Positions 17,378-26,000 are shown, counted from the stretch's first letter. The stretch: DNA of 32,177 nucleotides from a virus (IMGVR_UViG_3300049139_000086:1-32177); one strand, 5' to 3'. A program made the numbers and translations. The notes: a model not told the origin generated them from the letters alone.

Positions 17378-18087
17378 AGCCTCATGATCTGCCGGCCGTT
17401 CTTACCAGCCGACCATTCGAGAAAGTCTGTTACCGCCTGGGAGTTCGCGTACTCGTACGGGTCAATGTCGCCCTGACCGATCTTCGTGCGCTTCGCGATT
17501 TGCCGCTGAAGCCAAGGATCAGAGGCGCGATGTCCGGCGCCGAACCCACGGGAGACGGCTTTGCCGGCTGCGTACGCCTTGCCGCCCACAATGGTGGGGT
17601 CAAGGAAAATCGCGGTCGCTGCGTCGATCGTCCCCGAGACGGCATTGAAGACGAAACCCTCTTTCATCCTCTCGATCTCGGGATCGTCAAGAGGATCGGT
17701 GCCGGAGGCAGCCAACGTGAAAGCCTGACCGAACGACCTGGTATCGGCCATGTCGCGGGCCTTACCCCACGTCTCAGCGTCGAGAATGTTGCGTCCCCAC
17801 GTACGGGACTTCGCGAGCTGGTCAGCCGTCACAACGGTTGACAGAGGCTCGCTCACGAGGTTTTCAGCGGCATAGTTGGCGCCCCAAAGGACGCCACCTC
17901 CGACGCCTAGACCGGCCTGCGCAAAAGCGTTGACCGTACCAACGCCGAGAGTGCCAAGGTTGCCGGCGATCTCAGCGAAGGACTCGTCATCGTCATCGAA
18001 AACAGACGTAGCCAGATCGACGGCTGCGCCCCAGGCTGCGCCCAGGGCAGACGATGCGATGCCGAAACGCTCAATCCAAGTTGTCAA
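17374..18087 (-). CDS. Gly/Ala-rich hydrophobic protein, 237 aa; putative N-terminal part of the ejection protein
   Basis: TTG start overlaps the upstream stop; contains FNAVSGTIDAA..IFLDPTIV.GK. Confidence 0.7.
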   Translation of the reverse strand: MTTWIERFGIASSALGAAWGAAVDLATSVFDDDDESFAEIAGNLGTLGVGTVNAFAQAGLGVGGGVLWGANYAAENLVSEPLSTVVTADQLAKSRTWGRNILDAETWGKARDMADTRSFGQAFTLAASGTDPLDDPEIERMKEGFVFNAVSGTIDAATAIFLDPTIVGGKAYAAGKAVSRGFGAGHRASDPWLQRQIAKRTKIGQGDIDPYEYANSQAVTDFLEWSAGKNGRQIMRL

Positions 18088-18554
18088 AGTGAAGCCTTCA
18101 GATTGCGCACGATGTTGCGCAGAGACGCGCTAGCGCCAGGACGATTAGCGAGGAATTCAAACACGGGCAGATACTTGATGAGCTGCTCCGTGTCTGCTCT
18201 CTGCTCTAGCGTCTTCTCGTCCAGCATTCCCAAGGATGCGGAGCCGGGGCCGGCTCCCATGTCGATACCGGCCGTGATCGGCTCTTCAGGGCGAGAGGAA
18301 GGGGAACCGAAAGGAGGAACAGAAACCCCGCCACCGCCAGGCATGCCCATTCCCGCAGAAGGGGGAGAGCTAGGAGGGCCTAGCGCGTTGCCCTGCATGG
18401 GAGCGCCACCCTGCGCAGAATCAAAGGCGCTCTGTTCGCCATAGGCAGCGTCGGGAAGGGAGCGCTTAGGCTGGCTATCGGTGCGACGAGAAAGAGCACC
18501 AGGGCCAGACACGGGAGCGGGATTGCTCGGCTTGCGATATCCGCCAGGCGGCAT
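18084..18554 (-). CDS. Conserved Pro/Gly-rich virion-region protein, 156 aa
   Basis: TAATG coupling; motifs GGYRKPSNPAPVSGPGALSRRTD and PS.RPEEPITAG.D.GAGPG. Confidence 0.8.
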   Translation of the reverse strand: MPPGGYRKPSNPAPVSGPGALSRRTDSQPKRSLPDAAYGEQSAFDSAQGGAPMQGNALGPPSSPPSAGMGMPGGGGVSVPPFGSPSSRPEEPITAGIDMGAGPGSASLGMLDEKTLEQRADTEQLIKYLPVFEFLANRPGASASLRNIVRNLKASL

Positions 18555-18757
18555 TACTTGACGCGCCGGACCTTAACGCCATCGCCGCCAGTGCCGGCGC
18601 CAGGCTTGACCTCTGAAACGTTCACCATCGTCGCTTTACCAGGCGACGCCATCCGCGGAGTTCCAGAAGTGCGCGGAGGCGCCTCGTAAGGAGTCGCGTG
18701 GGTGCCCTTCTTAGGGTTCCGCGCGGGAGCCGGAGTCTTGCAACTGCCCTTGTGCAT
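18554..18757 (-). CDS. Small basic hypothetical protein, 67 aa
   Basis: AAGGA SD before ATG 18757; the stop overlaps the next ATG. Confidence 0.65.
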   Translation of the reverse strand: MHKGSCKTPAPARNPKKGTHATPYEAPPRTSGTPRMASPGKATMVNVSEVKPGAGTGGDGVKVRRVK

Positions 18758-18768
18758 GATGTGATTCC

Positions 18769-19002
18769 TTAGACGCGCTCGGGCCAATGCCACGAGCCGC
18801 CAGAGTGGTTATGCTCGTCCTGCTTGACGTGCTGATTCATAAACAGACCGGTCGGATTGAGAACGCAAAGGCCGACTACGCCTAGCGCTTCGTCGTCCAC
18901 CTCGGTCACAATGGCCGCGCGGCATTCGCTCTTGTATTCGCCTCGCGGCGTGCCATAACTTTCGTAGTGGACTACGCGTCCGATGCTCGGGAGTTGGCTC
19001 AC
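18769..19002 (-). CDS. Conserved actinophage hypothetical protein, 77 aa
   Basis: Pattern PSIGRVVHY.SYGTP.GEY...CRAAIVTEV...VGLCVLNPTG.F.N...GGSWHWPERV; GTGA overlap with the portal gene. Confidence 0.8.
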   Translation of the reverse strand: MSQLPSIGRVVHYESYGTPRGEYKSECRAAIVTEVDDEALGVVGLCVLNPTGLFMNQHVKQDEHNHSGGSWHWPERV

Positions 19003-20810
19003 GCTGGCATCGCTCTCTTAACGTTTACATTTGTCGTAGGACCGCCACCAGAGTTCAATCCTGCGAGCATGGTCATAAGGTCAGGTGTTCCGCCTGGACC
19101 CATCTGCGCCTGTCCAGGCGCGGCCGTAGAGAATGGGCCGCCACCACCAGGAGCACCGGGCATCCCGCCAGGACCGGCAGGCATACCGCCAGGCATGCCG
19201 CCCATGGTCGGATCGGCACCAGGCGGAGGCTCCGGAGGTGCGAAAGCATCGCTTACCACATCCTCAAGTGCCTTGCCCTTCTGCCTGCCCTTGATGACGC
19301 TCGCGATCCGGTTAACCGCTTCTGCGGGGTCCATTCCCGCCTGTGCCATCATCGGCACAGTGGTCGCATAGCCGGCCATCGACTGAATCAGCGAATCCCG
19401 AAGGTCTTCAATCTCGATCCGCTGCGATTCCTCGGTCACGTCGATGTTGAACGGGAACTGCCTTCTCGCCAGATCCTTGGAAATCAGGCGAGCGCCCAAC
19501 ATCTGAAGAATGAAGACGAGGGAGCGGTTAGGGTCAAGGCCGACCGCGAAGCCGTAAGAAACGTCAATCGAGTTGAAGGCGCCATCAATATCACGCGACG
19601 CCTTGAACTTGATTTCGTACGGCACACCGTCCATATTGCCCGAGATAGACTTTTCATCGTCAGGCCAATAGTGCTGATGCATCCGCAGAGCGTAGCTTGC
19701 GGCATCGCGTAGCGTTTGAGCGATAACGTCCTGTGCGGCGCGAAGCAGATTGTCATAGCCGCCCTGAAGGGCGCGCACGCCCTGACCGGTGATGATGCTC
19801 GCATCCGAGTTCCCGCCACGGGTCTCGGGATAGCGGGCACCGGTCCTTAGTTCCTGCTCAAGCATTTGCCCCTCGACAAATGCCGCCTGCGGCAACTCCG
19901 TTGCCACCCTGCGAATCTTCTCAGGCGTGTTAGACCTGATCATCGCATGCGGGCCGAACGCGAGTTCCTGCACGTCGTAGGGAACGGCTAGCGGGGCTTC
20001 TGTCGCCATCTCAGCGGCAGCCATAGCCAGCGAGGCGAAACGGTTCCTAGCGACCTGGACCCAAAGAACATCGTCATACTGCCCACGGGCGAGCACGAGC
20101 CCAGGCCGGCGAGCGATAACGACAGGGCAGAAACCCAACGTGTTCTTAACCTCGGAAAGGACCAGGTCATGCCGATCAGGCAGGAACATAGTAGTTGTCG
20201 CGTCGTCCATGTAAAGGACGACTTCTATCATGCTCTGCGAGTAAGGCGTCTCACCAGGGCGAGGGATCTTATCGGCAAGCTCCGGGTACTCGGCACACAG
20301 GTCAGCAATCGTCTTTTTAAAGACCTTCGTGTAGCTGCGAGTACGCCCGAAACGATCGATTTCCGGATAGCAGTTGCGCGGGTCCTGGATGAGGAACCGC
20401 GGACACTTCGCGTCAAAGTCAGGCTCAATCAGGATAGGCATCATGCCGTAAGAGCCGTAGTAGTCGGCTCCGTCGTACATCTGCACCTGTAGCCTTGAGT
20501 GCTGAATGTAGTAGGCGATGCCCTTGGTCAGCTTATCGGCGCGTTCGCGCGCTCGGTCACTGACCATGTTCGTAGCGCTGGCATTGAACGACGGAAGCGG
20601 AGCCAGGCTTTCAGCGAAATCCCTAGCGAACGTGTCGATAGCGTTGGCAACGACAGGCTTCGGAAAGTCCTCGTTGAACATTTGAGGGAAGACCGCGTCA
20701 ATGTTGCCGGCTCGAACCTGGTAAATGTCCGCCATCGCGGCATCACGTTCGCCGGCCGCTGTGCGCAGTTCGCGCACCTTGGCGGCAATGAACTTCATAT
20801 CACGAGGCAA
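18999..20810 (-). CDS. Portal protein (head-tail connector)
   Basis: 603 aa immediately after the terminase. Motifs VAN.ID..ARD..E..APLPSFN, DPR.CYPE.DRFGR and RYPE.R.G..DASIITGQGV.AL.GG.D; P/G/M-rich tail. Confidence 0.88.
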   Translation of the reverse strand: MPRDMKFIAAKVRELRTAAGERDAAMADIYQVRAGNIDAVFPQMFNEDFPKPVVANAIDTFARDFAESLAPLPSFNASATNMVSDRARERADKLTKGIAYYIQHSRLQVQMYDGADYYGSYGMMPILIEPDFDAKCPRFLIQDPRNCYPEIDRFGRTRSYTKVFKKTIADLCAEYPELADKIPRPGETPYSQSMIEVVLYMDDATTTMFLPDRHDLVLSEVKNTLGFCPVVIARRPGLVLARGQYDDVLWVQVARNRFASLAMAAAEMATEAPLAVPYDVQELAFGPHAMIRSNTPEKIRRVATELPQAAFVEGQMLEQELRTGARYPETRGGNSDASIITGQGVRALQGGYDNLLRAAQDVIAQTLRDAASYALRMHQHYWPDDEKSISGNMDGVPYEIKFKASRDIDGAFNSIDVSYGFAVGLDPNRSLVFILQMLGARLISKDLARRQFPFNIDVTEESQRIEIEDLRDSLIQSMAGYATTVPMMAQAGMDPAEAVNRIASVIKGRQKGKALEDVVSDAFAPPEPPPGADPTMGGMPGGMPAGPGGMPGAPGGGGPFSTAAPGQAQMGPGGTPDLMTMLAGLNSGGGPTTNVNVKRAMPA

Positions 20811-22653
20811 GACTTACATCCGTCTGAGCTAGGTAATCCTCGATGCGGACGACGGCCTGATGGCCGCGCCTGTAACGAGGGACGTACTTGGAATTGGCAT
20901 GTGCGTTCGCCCGCGCCGTGCGCTGTGCGACAACCTCGCGCGCCTTGATCTCCGCAAACCACAAAGCCATGGGCAAGTCCTGAACGAGGTCTTTGCCTTT
21001 GGCGCCAGGGCGCCAGGTAATGAGCTGCTCCACGAGGGCTTTCGTTCCCTCGGAATTGTGCGCGCTCGGGAGCTCGATCATCCGTTCTGAAAAGAGCGGG
21101 GCGAGGGAAGCGACACCGAAATCAGGGTCCAATTTGTTGTTACCGGAGTAGTGCTCGACCATGGCAACGCCCCTGTTAGCGAGGTACTGCCTAATGTGCT
21201 CGTCCCTCGTCAAGAACAACTGGAAAGCGTTTTTCTCGACCACCCACGTAGACGGCATATACTTGTCGGTCCACTGCGTGATGATGTCGCGAATCGCCTG
21301 CGGGCTAGGCGCCCGCATTCTGTTCGCTTCGAGGACGTAGCGTTTAAGATTCTGCGGATCGACCGCGTAAGCGATCGTCGCTGTCTCCCCCGCCATAGCG
21401 GGGTCCATCGAGCAGACCACGTATAGGCCCTGCATGCCGTTATCACGGTGGTATTCGTTAGCGGCATTCATAGGGCCGATGGTTCGATTGCCGTTGATGC
21501 AAGCCCGAATATCCTTCGGGTCAAAGATCGCAGAAGAGCTAACACTCTGCTGCATATACACCATCGACCAGATTTTGGGGTCGAGCAGCGAACGACGCTT
21601 AACGAGCTTAGGGCCGGACCACCGCGGATAGAGCCCGTCCTTGTCGGGCTCGTCCTTACTGTTCGGCCAGCGCTGATCAGAGCGCGGCCAGAGAGTCACC
21701 CAGTCGAACGAGGAATCGGCGAATTCAAGAACGGCCGGCATGCCCAAATAAGTCCAAGGCGGGTCAACCTCGTCCGGATAGTTGTCCGGGTTGCGCAGCT
21801 CCGAATACAAGTCGATCGGGTCAACGCGAGTGCCAACGACAATAAGCTGCCCAGTATCACCCAGGCGAGTAATAACTTCCTGCGTCAGCCAACGACGCTG
21901 ACTCTCGTGCTGATGCGCGTTGCTCAAAAGCACCGCATCGTCAAGGAAGATCTTGGTCGAGCGGACTCCGTAAATCTGGCCGCCAATGCCAACACATTGG
22001 ACGGTCGGATCTTTCTCTTCAGGGTCACGAATGCTCGAAGGGAAATAGATCCTGTCGGCCTGCCAAATGGCATCCTCGGAGTCGAACCCCTCGGCCGGCC
22101 CAAAGTCCTGCTGCAACCTCGAATACTTGTGATGCGTAAGTCTCTGCTTCACAGCCCAGAGCATTTGCTTAGCAAGCTCTTGGGTCTTACTGACAAGAAC
22201 GATACGCTCATTAGGATTCGTGCAAATGAGATACGTAACGTAGTCAATCGTCAGCGTGACGGTCTTCGCATGGTCGGGCGGCACATTGATCAGCACATGC
22301 TGATCGGAACGACGCTCGTAGGTCATGCTCGGGTGCAGCCAGCGAGGCGCCCTGCCTTCAACGACGTCGATCATGTTGAGCTGGTGATCGAAGGTGCGCG
22401 ATCCCAGGTATTCCTGTCGGAACTCCTGGAAATCCAGCCTCGGCATGTCAACGCCGTTCGTGCGCTTGGCACGAACCAGGTCGATCATGTCCCTGAACGC
22501 CGGATCGTTCTTGCGCCACGCCTCGTAGGTGCGGGGATGCCGGCCAACGGACGACATCGCCCAATCGACGGTCTTGCCACCGCGGATCGCGGTCGCTACC
22601 AGCTCTTTAGCCTCAGCAATGCTAGGGCGGTTCTGTGCTTGATTTCTAGCCAA
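20800..22653 (-). CDS. terL: Terminase large subunit with N-terminal HTH-like extension
   Basis: Walker A variant INVPPDHAKT, Walker B IFLDD, C-motif VVGTR, and nuclease motifs SMDPA, VVEKNAFQ and QDLPMALW. The start is uncertain: TTG 22653 is preferred, but the ORF is open to 22743. Confidence 0.93.
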   Translation of the reverse strand: MARNQAQNRPSIAEAKELVATAIRGGKTVDWAMSSVGRHPRTYEAWRKNDPAFRDMIDLVRAKRTNGVDMPRLDFQEFRQEYLGSRTFDHQLNMIDVVEGRAPRWLHPSMTYERRSDQHVLINVPPDHAKTVTLTIDYVTYLICTNPNERIVLVSKTQELAKQMLWAVKQRLTHHKYSRLQQDFGPAEGFDSEDAIWQADRIYFPSSIRDPEEKDPTVQCVGIGGQIYGVRSTKIFLDDAVLLSNAHQHESQRRWLTQEVITRLGDTGQLIVVGTRVDPIDLYSELRNPDNYPDEVDPPWTYLGMPAVLEFADSSFDWVTLWPRSDQRWPNSKDEPDKDGLYPRWSGPKLVKRRSLLDPKIWSMVYMQQSVSSSAIFDPKDIRACINGNRTIGPMNAANEYHRDNGMQGLYVVCSMDPAMAGETATIAYAVDPQNLKRYVLEANRMRAPSPQAIRDIITQWTDKYMPSTWVVEKNAFQLFLTRDEHIRQYLANRGVAMVEHYSGNNKLDPDFGVASLAPLFSERMIELPSAHNSEGTKALVEQLITWRPGAKGKDLVQDLPMALWFAEIKAREVVAQRTARANAHANSKYVPRYRRGHQAVVRIEDYLAQTDVSLAS

Positions 22654-22746
22654 AAGTATGTGTATGCTCGCAAACGCCACCGCGGCTAGCGCTGCGGTTC
22701 GTTCGCGGTGGCCGCCTCCTTGGAGGGAAGGCGTGGTCAACACGAG

Positions 22747-22786
22747 AAGGGCCGGCGCCCGTGCAAGTCGCCGGCCCTTTGTGTTT
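22747..22786 (+). terminator. Intrinsic terminator-like hairpin upstream of terL
   Basis: AAGGGCCGGCG/CGCCGGCCCTT 11-bp inverted repeat followed by TGTGTTT on the plus strand. Confidence 0.5.
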
Positions 22787-22883
22787 GGTTGTGCACCTGT
22801 AGACGGGGAACAAAGCTCAACGAGGAGCAGAGCTCAAGGGCGGGAAGGTGTGGACCCTAGGGGACCCGCCTACAGGGCGTCTA

Positions 22884-23039
22884 TCAGTCCGACTCGCCCG
22901 ACTCCTCGGGCTCGTCGAAAGCGCTACTGATCGGCGCCGGCCTGGGCTGGGCGGCAGCCACTTCGCGGAACGGCCAGAACACCATCAGGAAGGTTTCCCA
23001 GCTCGAACCCCGTTCGGAGTCTCGCCGCATGGCGATCAT
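22884..23039 (-). CDS. Small hypothetical protein, 51 aa
   Basis: ATG 23039 is in an ATGA overlap with the upstream ORF. Confidence 0.4.
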   Translation of the reverse strand: MIAMRRDSERGSSWETFLMVFWPFREVAAAQPRPAPISSAFDEPEESGESD

Positions 23040-23251
23040 TGCTTGGCTCCCAGGGCCTTCACGCAGTTCACGCAGCCGCCGTACGCGGGCAGCCAGGTCT
23101 CTTTGTAGCAACCGAAGACGGTCGCCGTTACAGTCCTCTCCCCGCATACAGCCGTGGCGTACATGTGCGCCGTCAGCCCAGGGCGATCCAAGATCACATG
23201 CGGACCGTTCACGCCGGACCAGCCGGTCACATAGCGGCTCTCGCCGGCCAT
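23036..23251 (-). CDS. Hypothetical protein, 71 aa, possible Zn-binding (H..., CG, CxxC)
   Basis: Starts 2 nt after the upstream stop; contains Cys/His residues and C-V-N-C. Confidence 0.6.
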   Translation of the reverse strand: MAGESRYVTGWSGVNGPHVILDRPGLTAHMYATAVCGERTVTATVFGCYKETWLPAYGGCVNCVKALGAKQ

Positions 23252-23253
23252 GG

Positions 23254-23571
23254 CTACGGGACTAGATAGGAGACGTTGACGGTGGGCCGTCGCTGTTGCT
23301 CGGCGGGAGCCGCCTCTAGCGCCAGGCGCCGGACAGTCTCTATCGCCTTCGGTGCCGCGTCGTCGTACGTCGCGGCAGGGCGAGGCTCAGTTACCCCGTA
23401 CTCGATAGCCAACTCTAGGTAGCCGTCGAACCCCAACGACTCGGGCGAGATCGTCAGCTCATCCAGGCAGAACCCGCGACGCTTCATATCCGCCTTGTAG
23501 GCGGCCAGCTCCGCCTCTCGGGCTTCCTCGGGATCTACCGCCTCGGCGGGGTCGTAGATTTCCATGCTCAT
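23254..23571 (-). CDS. Acidic hypothetical protein, 105 aa; first gene of the leftward arm
   Basis: Protein-like composition; divergent from the GntR gene. Confidence 0.6.
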   Translation of the reverse strand: MSMEIYDPAEAVDPEEAREAELAAYKADMKRRGFCLDELTISPESLGFDGYLELAIEYGVTEPRPAATYDDAAPKAIETVRRLALEAAPAEQQRRPTVNVSYLVP

Positions 23572-23670
23572 ACCATACGGAACATGTACCGTGCAGTCTA
23601 GGGCGATCCTATGACCGTCCGTTACCGTCCGGTCTATGTGTGCAGGTCACACCCGTTTTAGGGTCCGCCC

Positions 23671-23943
23671 ATGACGATCGATGAGCCGGCCTGGACAGAC
23701 GACGACTGGGACCCCACGATCTACCGGTACACGCAGATAGCCGATTGGGTAGAGGAGCGCATCCGAAACGGCGTCTGGCCTGCGAGAACGGTCCTGTCAG
23801 AGATGGCGTTGCAGGCATATTTCGGCGTTGGACGAGGCACGATCCGCCGCGCCATGGAGATCCTGCGAGAGCGCAAGATGATCAGCACGCTGCCCGGCAA
23901 GGGCAGCGCCGTGATCTGGGCAAACGGTGATCTGCTGGACTGA
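23671..23943 (+). CDS. Stand-alone GntR-family winged-HTH regulator, probably leaderless
   Basis: Pattern Y.QIAD..E.RI..G.W.....L.SE..L...FGV.R.TIRRA..IL.E...I.T.PGKGS. A -10-like TAGGGT (23659-23664) ends 6 nt before the ATG and there is no SD. Confidence 0.88.
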   Translation: MTIDEPAWTDDDWDPTIYRYTQIADWVEERIRNGVWPARTVLSEMALQAYFGVGRGTIRRAMEILRERKMISTLPGKGSAVIWANGDLLD

Positions 23944-23977
23944 CGCATATATCGCCGCAAAAGGCAAGATTCCGGAC

Positions 23978-24006
23978 TAGGCACAAACCGGGATAAGTGC
24001 TAGCGT
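23978..24006 (+). promoter_or_regulatory. Putative sigma70/HrdB-type promoter
   Basis: TAGGCA-N17-TAGCGT with an extended -10 TG; predicted start ~24012-24013. Confidence 0.5.
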
Positions 24007-24267
24007 GGCCACTGCTCACGCAAAGGTGCTGCGGTCGCTCCCGCTCCCCTTGCAAACAACCCCCAAGGCCGTCGCGGGCCAATCACGCGGCGTGTCTTGA
24101 TTCGCAAGACCCGATCGACTCGCCTTGCCGCCTTCACCCTCGGCGCTCGGCGTGGTCGTGAAGGTCTTGTATGCGGCAGATGTCACGCTGCCGTGCGGGG
24201 AGAGCCGTGGTAGGGGTCTAGGGGGTCTTGGCCGCGGTTCTCCCCCTCCATCAATGGAGGAGGGATC

Positions 24268-24471
24268 ATGCTAGAGGTAATCGAAATCCCGTGCGCCTGC
24301 GGTCAGCACCCGCTGACATTTCTCGCTATGCCCGCGACGCCGGCCATCCAAACTCCCTACATCCCGCCGTCACCGGCTCTGCGCCGGATCTACGAGCAAG
24401 GGCTGAAGGGTGCGGCTCACATCGCCCTACACAGGCAGTTCACTCACGGCGCCCTCGGGGGCGCGTCGTGA
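24268..24471 (+). CDS. Hypothetical protein, 67 aa (CxCxxH)
   Basis: Strong GGAGGAGG SD; stop overlaps the next GTG. Confidence 0.6.
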   Translation: MLEVIEIPCACGQHPLTFLAMPATPAIQTPYIPPSPALRRIYEQGLKGAAHIALHRQFTHGALGGAS

Positions 24472-24695
24472 GCCTCGAAGACTCGAACGTCAACGCGGTG
24501 TTACTCAACGGAACCGTAGTCATCCTCTCCAGGAGAGATAACCCCGACCGTGCCAGTATCGAGCTGCTGCCATCCCAATGGGAGGCGCTGCGCGACGCAA
24601 TCAAGGCCGGCGAGCTCGACCGTCTTCCCCGGAAGGGTCGTGACATCGGCTGGCCTGACGGCCCGGACGCCGACGCGCTAAGGCGCGGCATATGA
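24468..24695 (+). CDS. DUF397-like protein, 75 aa
   Basis: GTGA coupling. VVILSRRDNPDRASIELLPSQWEALRDAIKAGELD resembles the DUF397 C-terminal pattern (V.VRDSK.P.GP.L.F...W.AF...VK.GEFD). Confidence 0.55.
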   Translation: MSLEDSNVNAVLLNGTVVILSRRDNPDRASIELLPSQWEALRDAIKAGELDRLPRKGRDIGWPDGPDADALRRGI

Positions 24696-24798
24696 GCAGA
24701 CTGCGAGGCGACTGGAGAGCGAGCCTCTGGGCTCACTATCCGCGACGTTTAATACCCGTCCCGCGACAGTGTCCCAAGCCCGACGAAGCAGGAGACCC

Positions 24799-24981
24799 GT
24801 GTCACCCGAAGTCAGTAGCGCTCTCAGCAACCTTATCGCCGCTTTGAAAGCGACCGATGACGAGAGCCTAGGTAAAGTCGTCATCTGCGACTTCGACGCT
24901 AAGAGGCATATGGGTGGCGTCATCTCGTCGGAGACGAGATCCGCCATTGAATCGCTCATGCTGCGGATGAACAAGTACTAG
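24799..24981 (+). CDS. Hypothetical protein, 60 aa
   Basis: AGGAG SD before GTG 24799; a hairpin follows the stop. Confidence 0.5.
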   Translation: MSPEVSSALSNLIAALKATDDESLGKVVICDFDAKRHMGGVISSETRSAIESLMLRMNKY

Positions 24982-24983
24982 AC

Positions 24984-25263
24984 GTCTCGCGCTAGTACGC
25001 GAGACAGGGCAACGCCCCGGAGTGAAGGGCGTTGCCAGAGAAGGGGCGAACTCGCGTTCGCCAGACGAGGAGAAGGTAAGGCAAGCCATCGGCCCGGAGG
25101 GCCTTGCCTTCTCCTTATTCAACAGGCTCCGTCTTACGGCGGAGCCTTATCTATCTAAGGAGGGGCGACGGGCTTTAGAGCCCCTCTCCCCCATTGCTAT
25201 AGAGGCAGCCTCACGGGCTGCCGTTCGTTCGGGGGGAAGGCTTCGGGCGTTCCGCCTTCCCCC
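24984..25263 (+). repeat. Cluster of eight consecutive inverted repeats
   Basis: Hairpins at 24984-25005, 25008-25036, 25045-25062, 25069-25114, 25124-25147, 25159-25189, 25204-25222 and 25232-25263. Confidence 0.75.
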
Positions 25264-25913
25264 AGTTCGAAAAACCCTCTCATATATAGTTGTCTGAACC
25301 GTACAGTGTACGGTGAGCTAAAAGTGGTAACGATTTGATATACGACCTTCGACCTGCGGCTCTCTCAAAAGATTTTTCACCTGGAGCCCCAACTTTATAC
25401 ACAGATTCGGGAGTGGATAGTAGGAGGAGGGGCGGTCGCGGGTTTAAAAGGGGTGGGTCAGCCGGCGAGCCACCGAAGGTGACAGAGCGGTCGCTCTGCG
25501 CTGTTTGCGCAGGTCAGAGCGTCAACGACGAGCCGGCTCCTGGTGAGCCGACATGATGGACTATGAACGCAAAGTCTCACTGTATGTGCAGGTCAGAGCC
25601 CTTATCATGCCATGATCAGCCCATAATGTGAGCAACCCTCACCTTTTGTCGCCTATTGATGGCGACACTCCATACCAAGCGGTTGCTTGGTTGCTCTGGC
25701 CCCCCATATTGCCCCCCATATTGACGACTGTTGATCATGGTCTGTTGTGCGCCCACAGGCGCCGTAAGACTGCCGCGAGAACCCTTCCGCTAGCGCTACA
25801 GGGACCTCTTTGCCAACGAGCGAGAGGGAGCTGTGAGAGCCGGCCGTGAGCCGGCCTAGTAGGGCTGGGAGCGCAGCTCACCAGCCATTTCCAAGGTTTC
25901 TGAAAATTGGGGG

Positions 25914-25944
25914 TTGACAAGCATGGGGACATGTCCCCATGCTT
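25914..25944 (+). promoter_or_regulatory. Early promoter overlapped by a 26-bp perfect palindrome (operator)
   Basis: TTGACA (25914-25919)-N18-CATGCT; AAGCATGGGGACATGTCCCCATGCTT (25919-25944) is its own reverse complement. Confidence 0.75.
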
Positions 25945-26000
25945 TGGGTATACGAAATAGCGTGGTAGTTGGCTCTACCACCTGGAGAGAGGTAGGCGCC

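Noticed and set aside
25022-25932. ORFs 25022-25297, 25335-25556, 25628-25849 and 25735-25932
   Set aside because: No SD, atypical composition, and they overlap the hairpin cluster, repeats and promoter; more likely non-coding.
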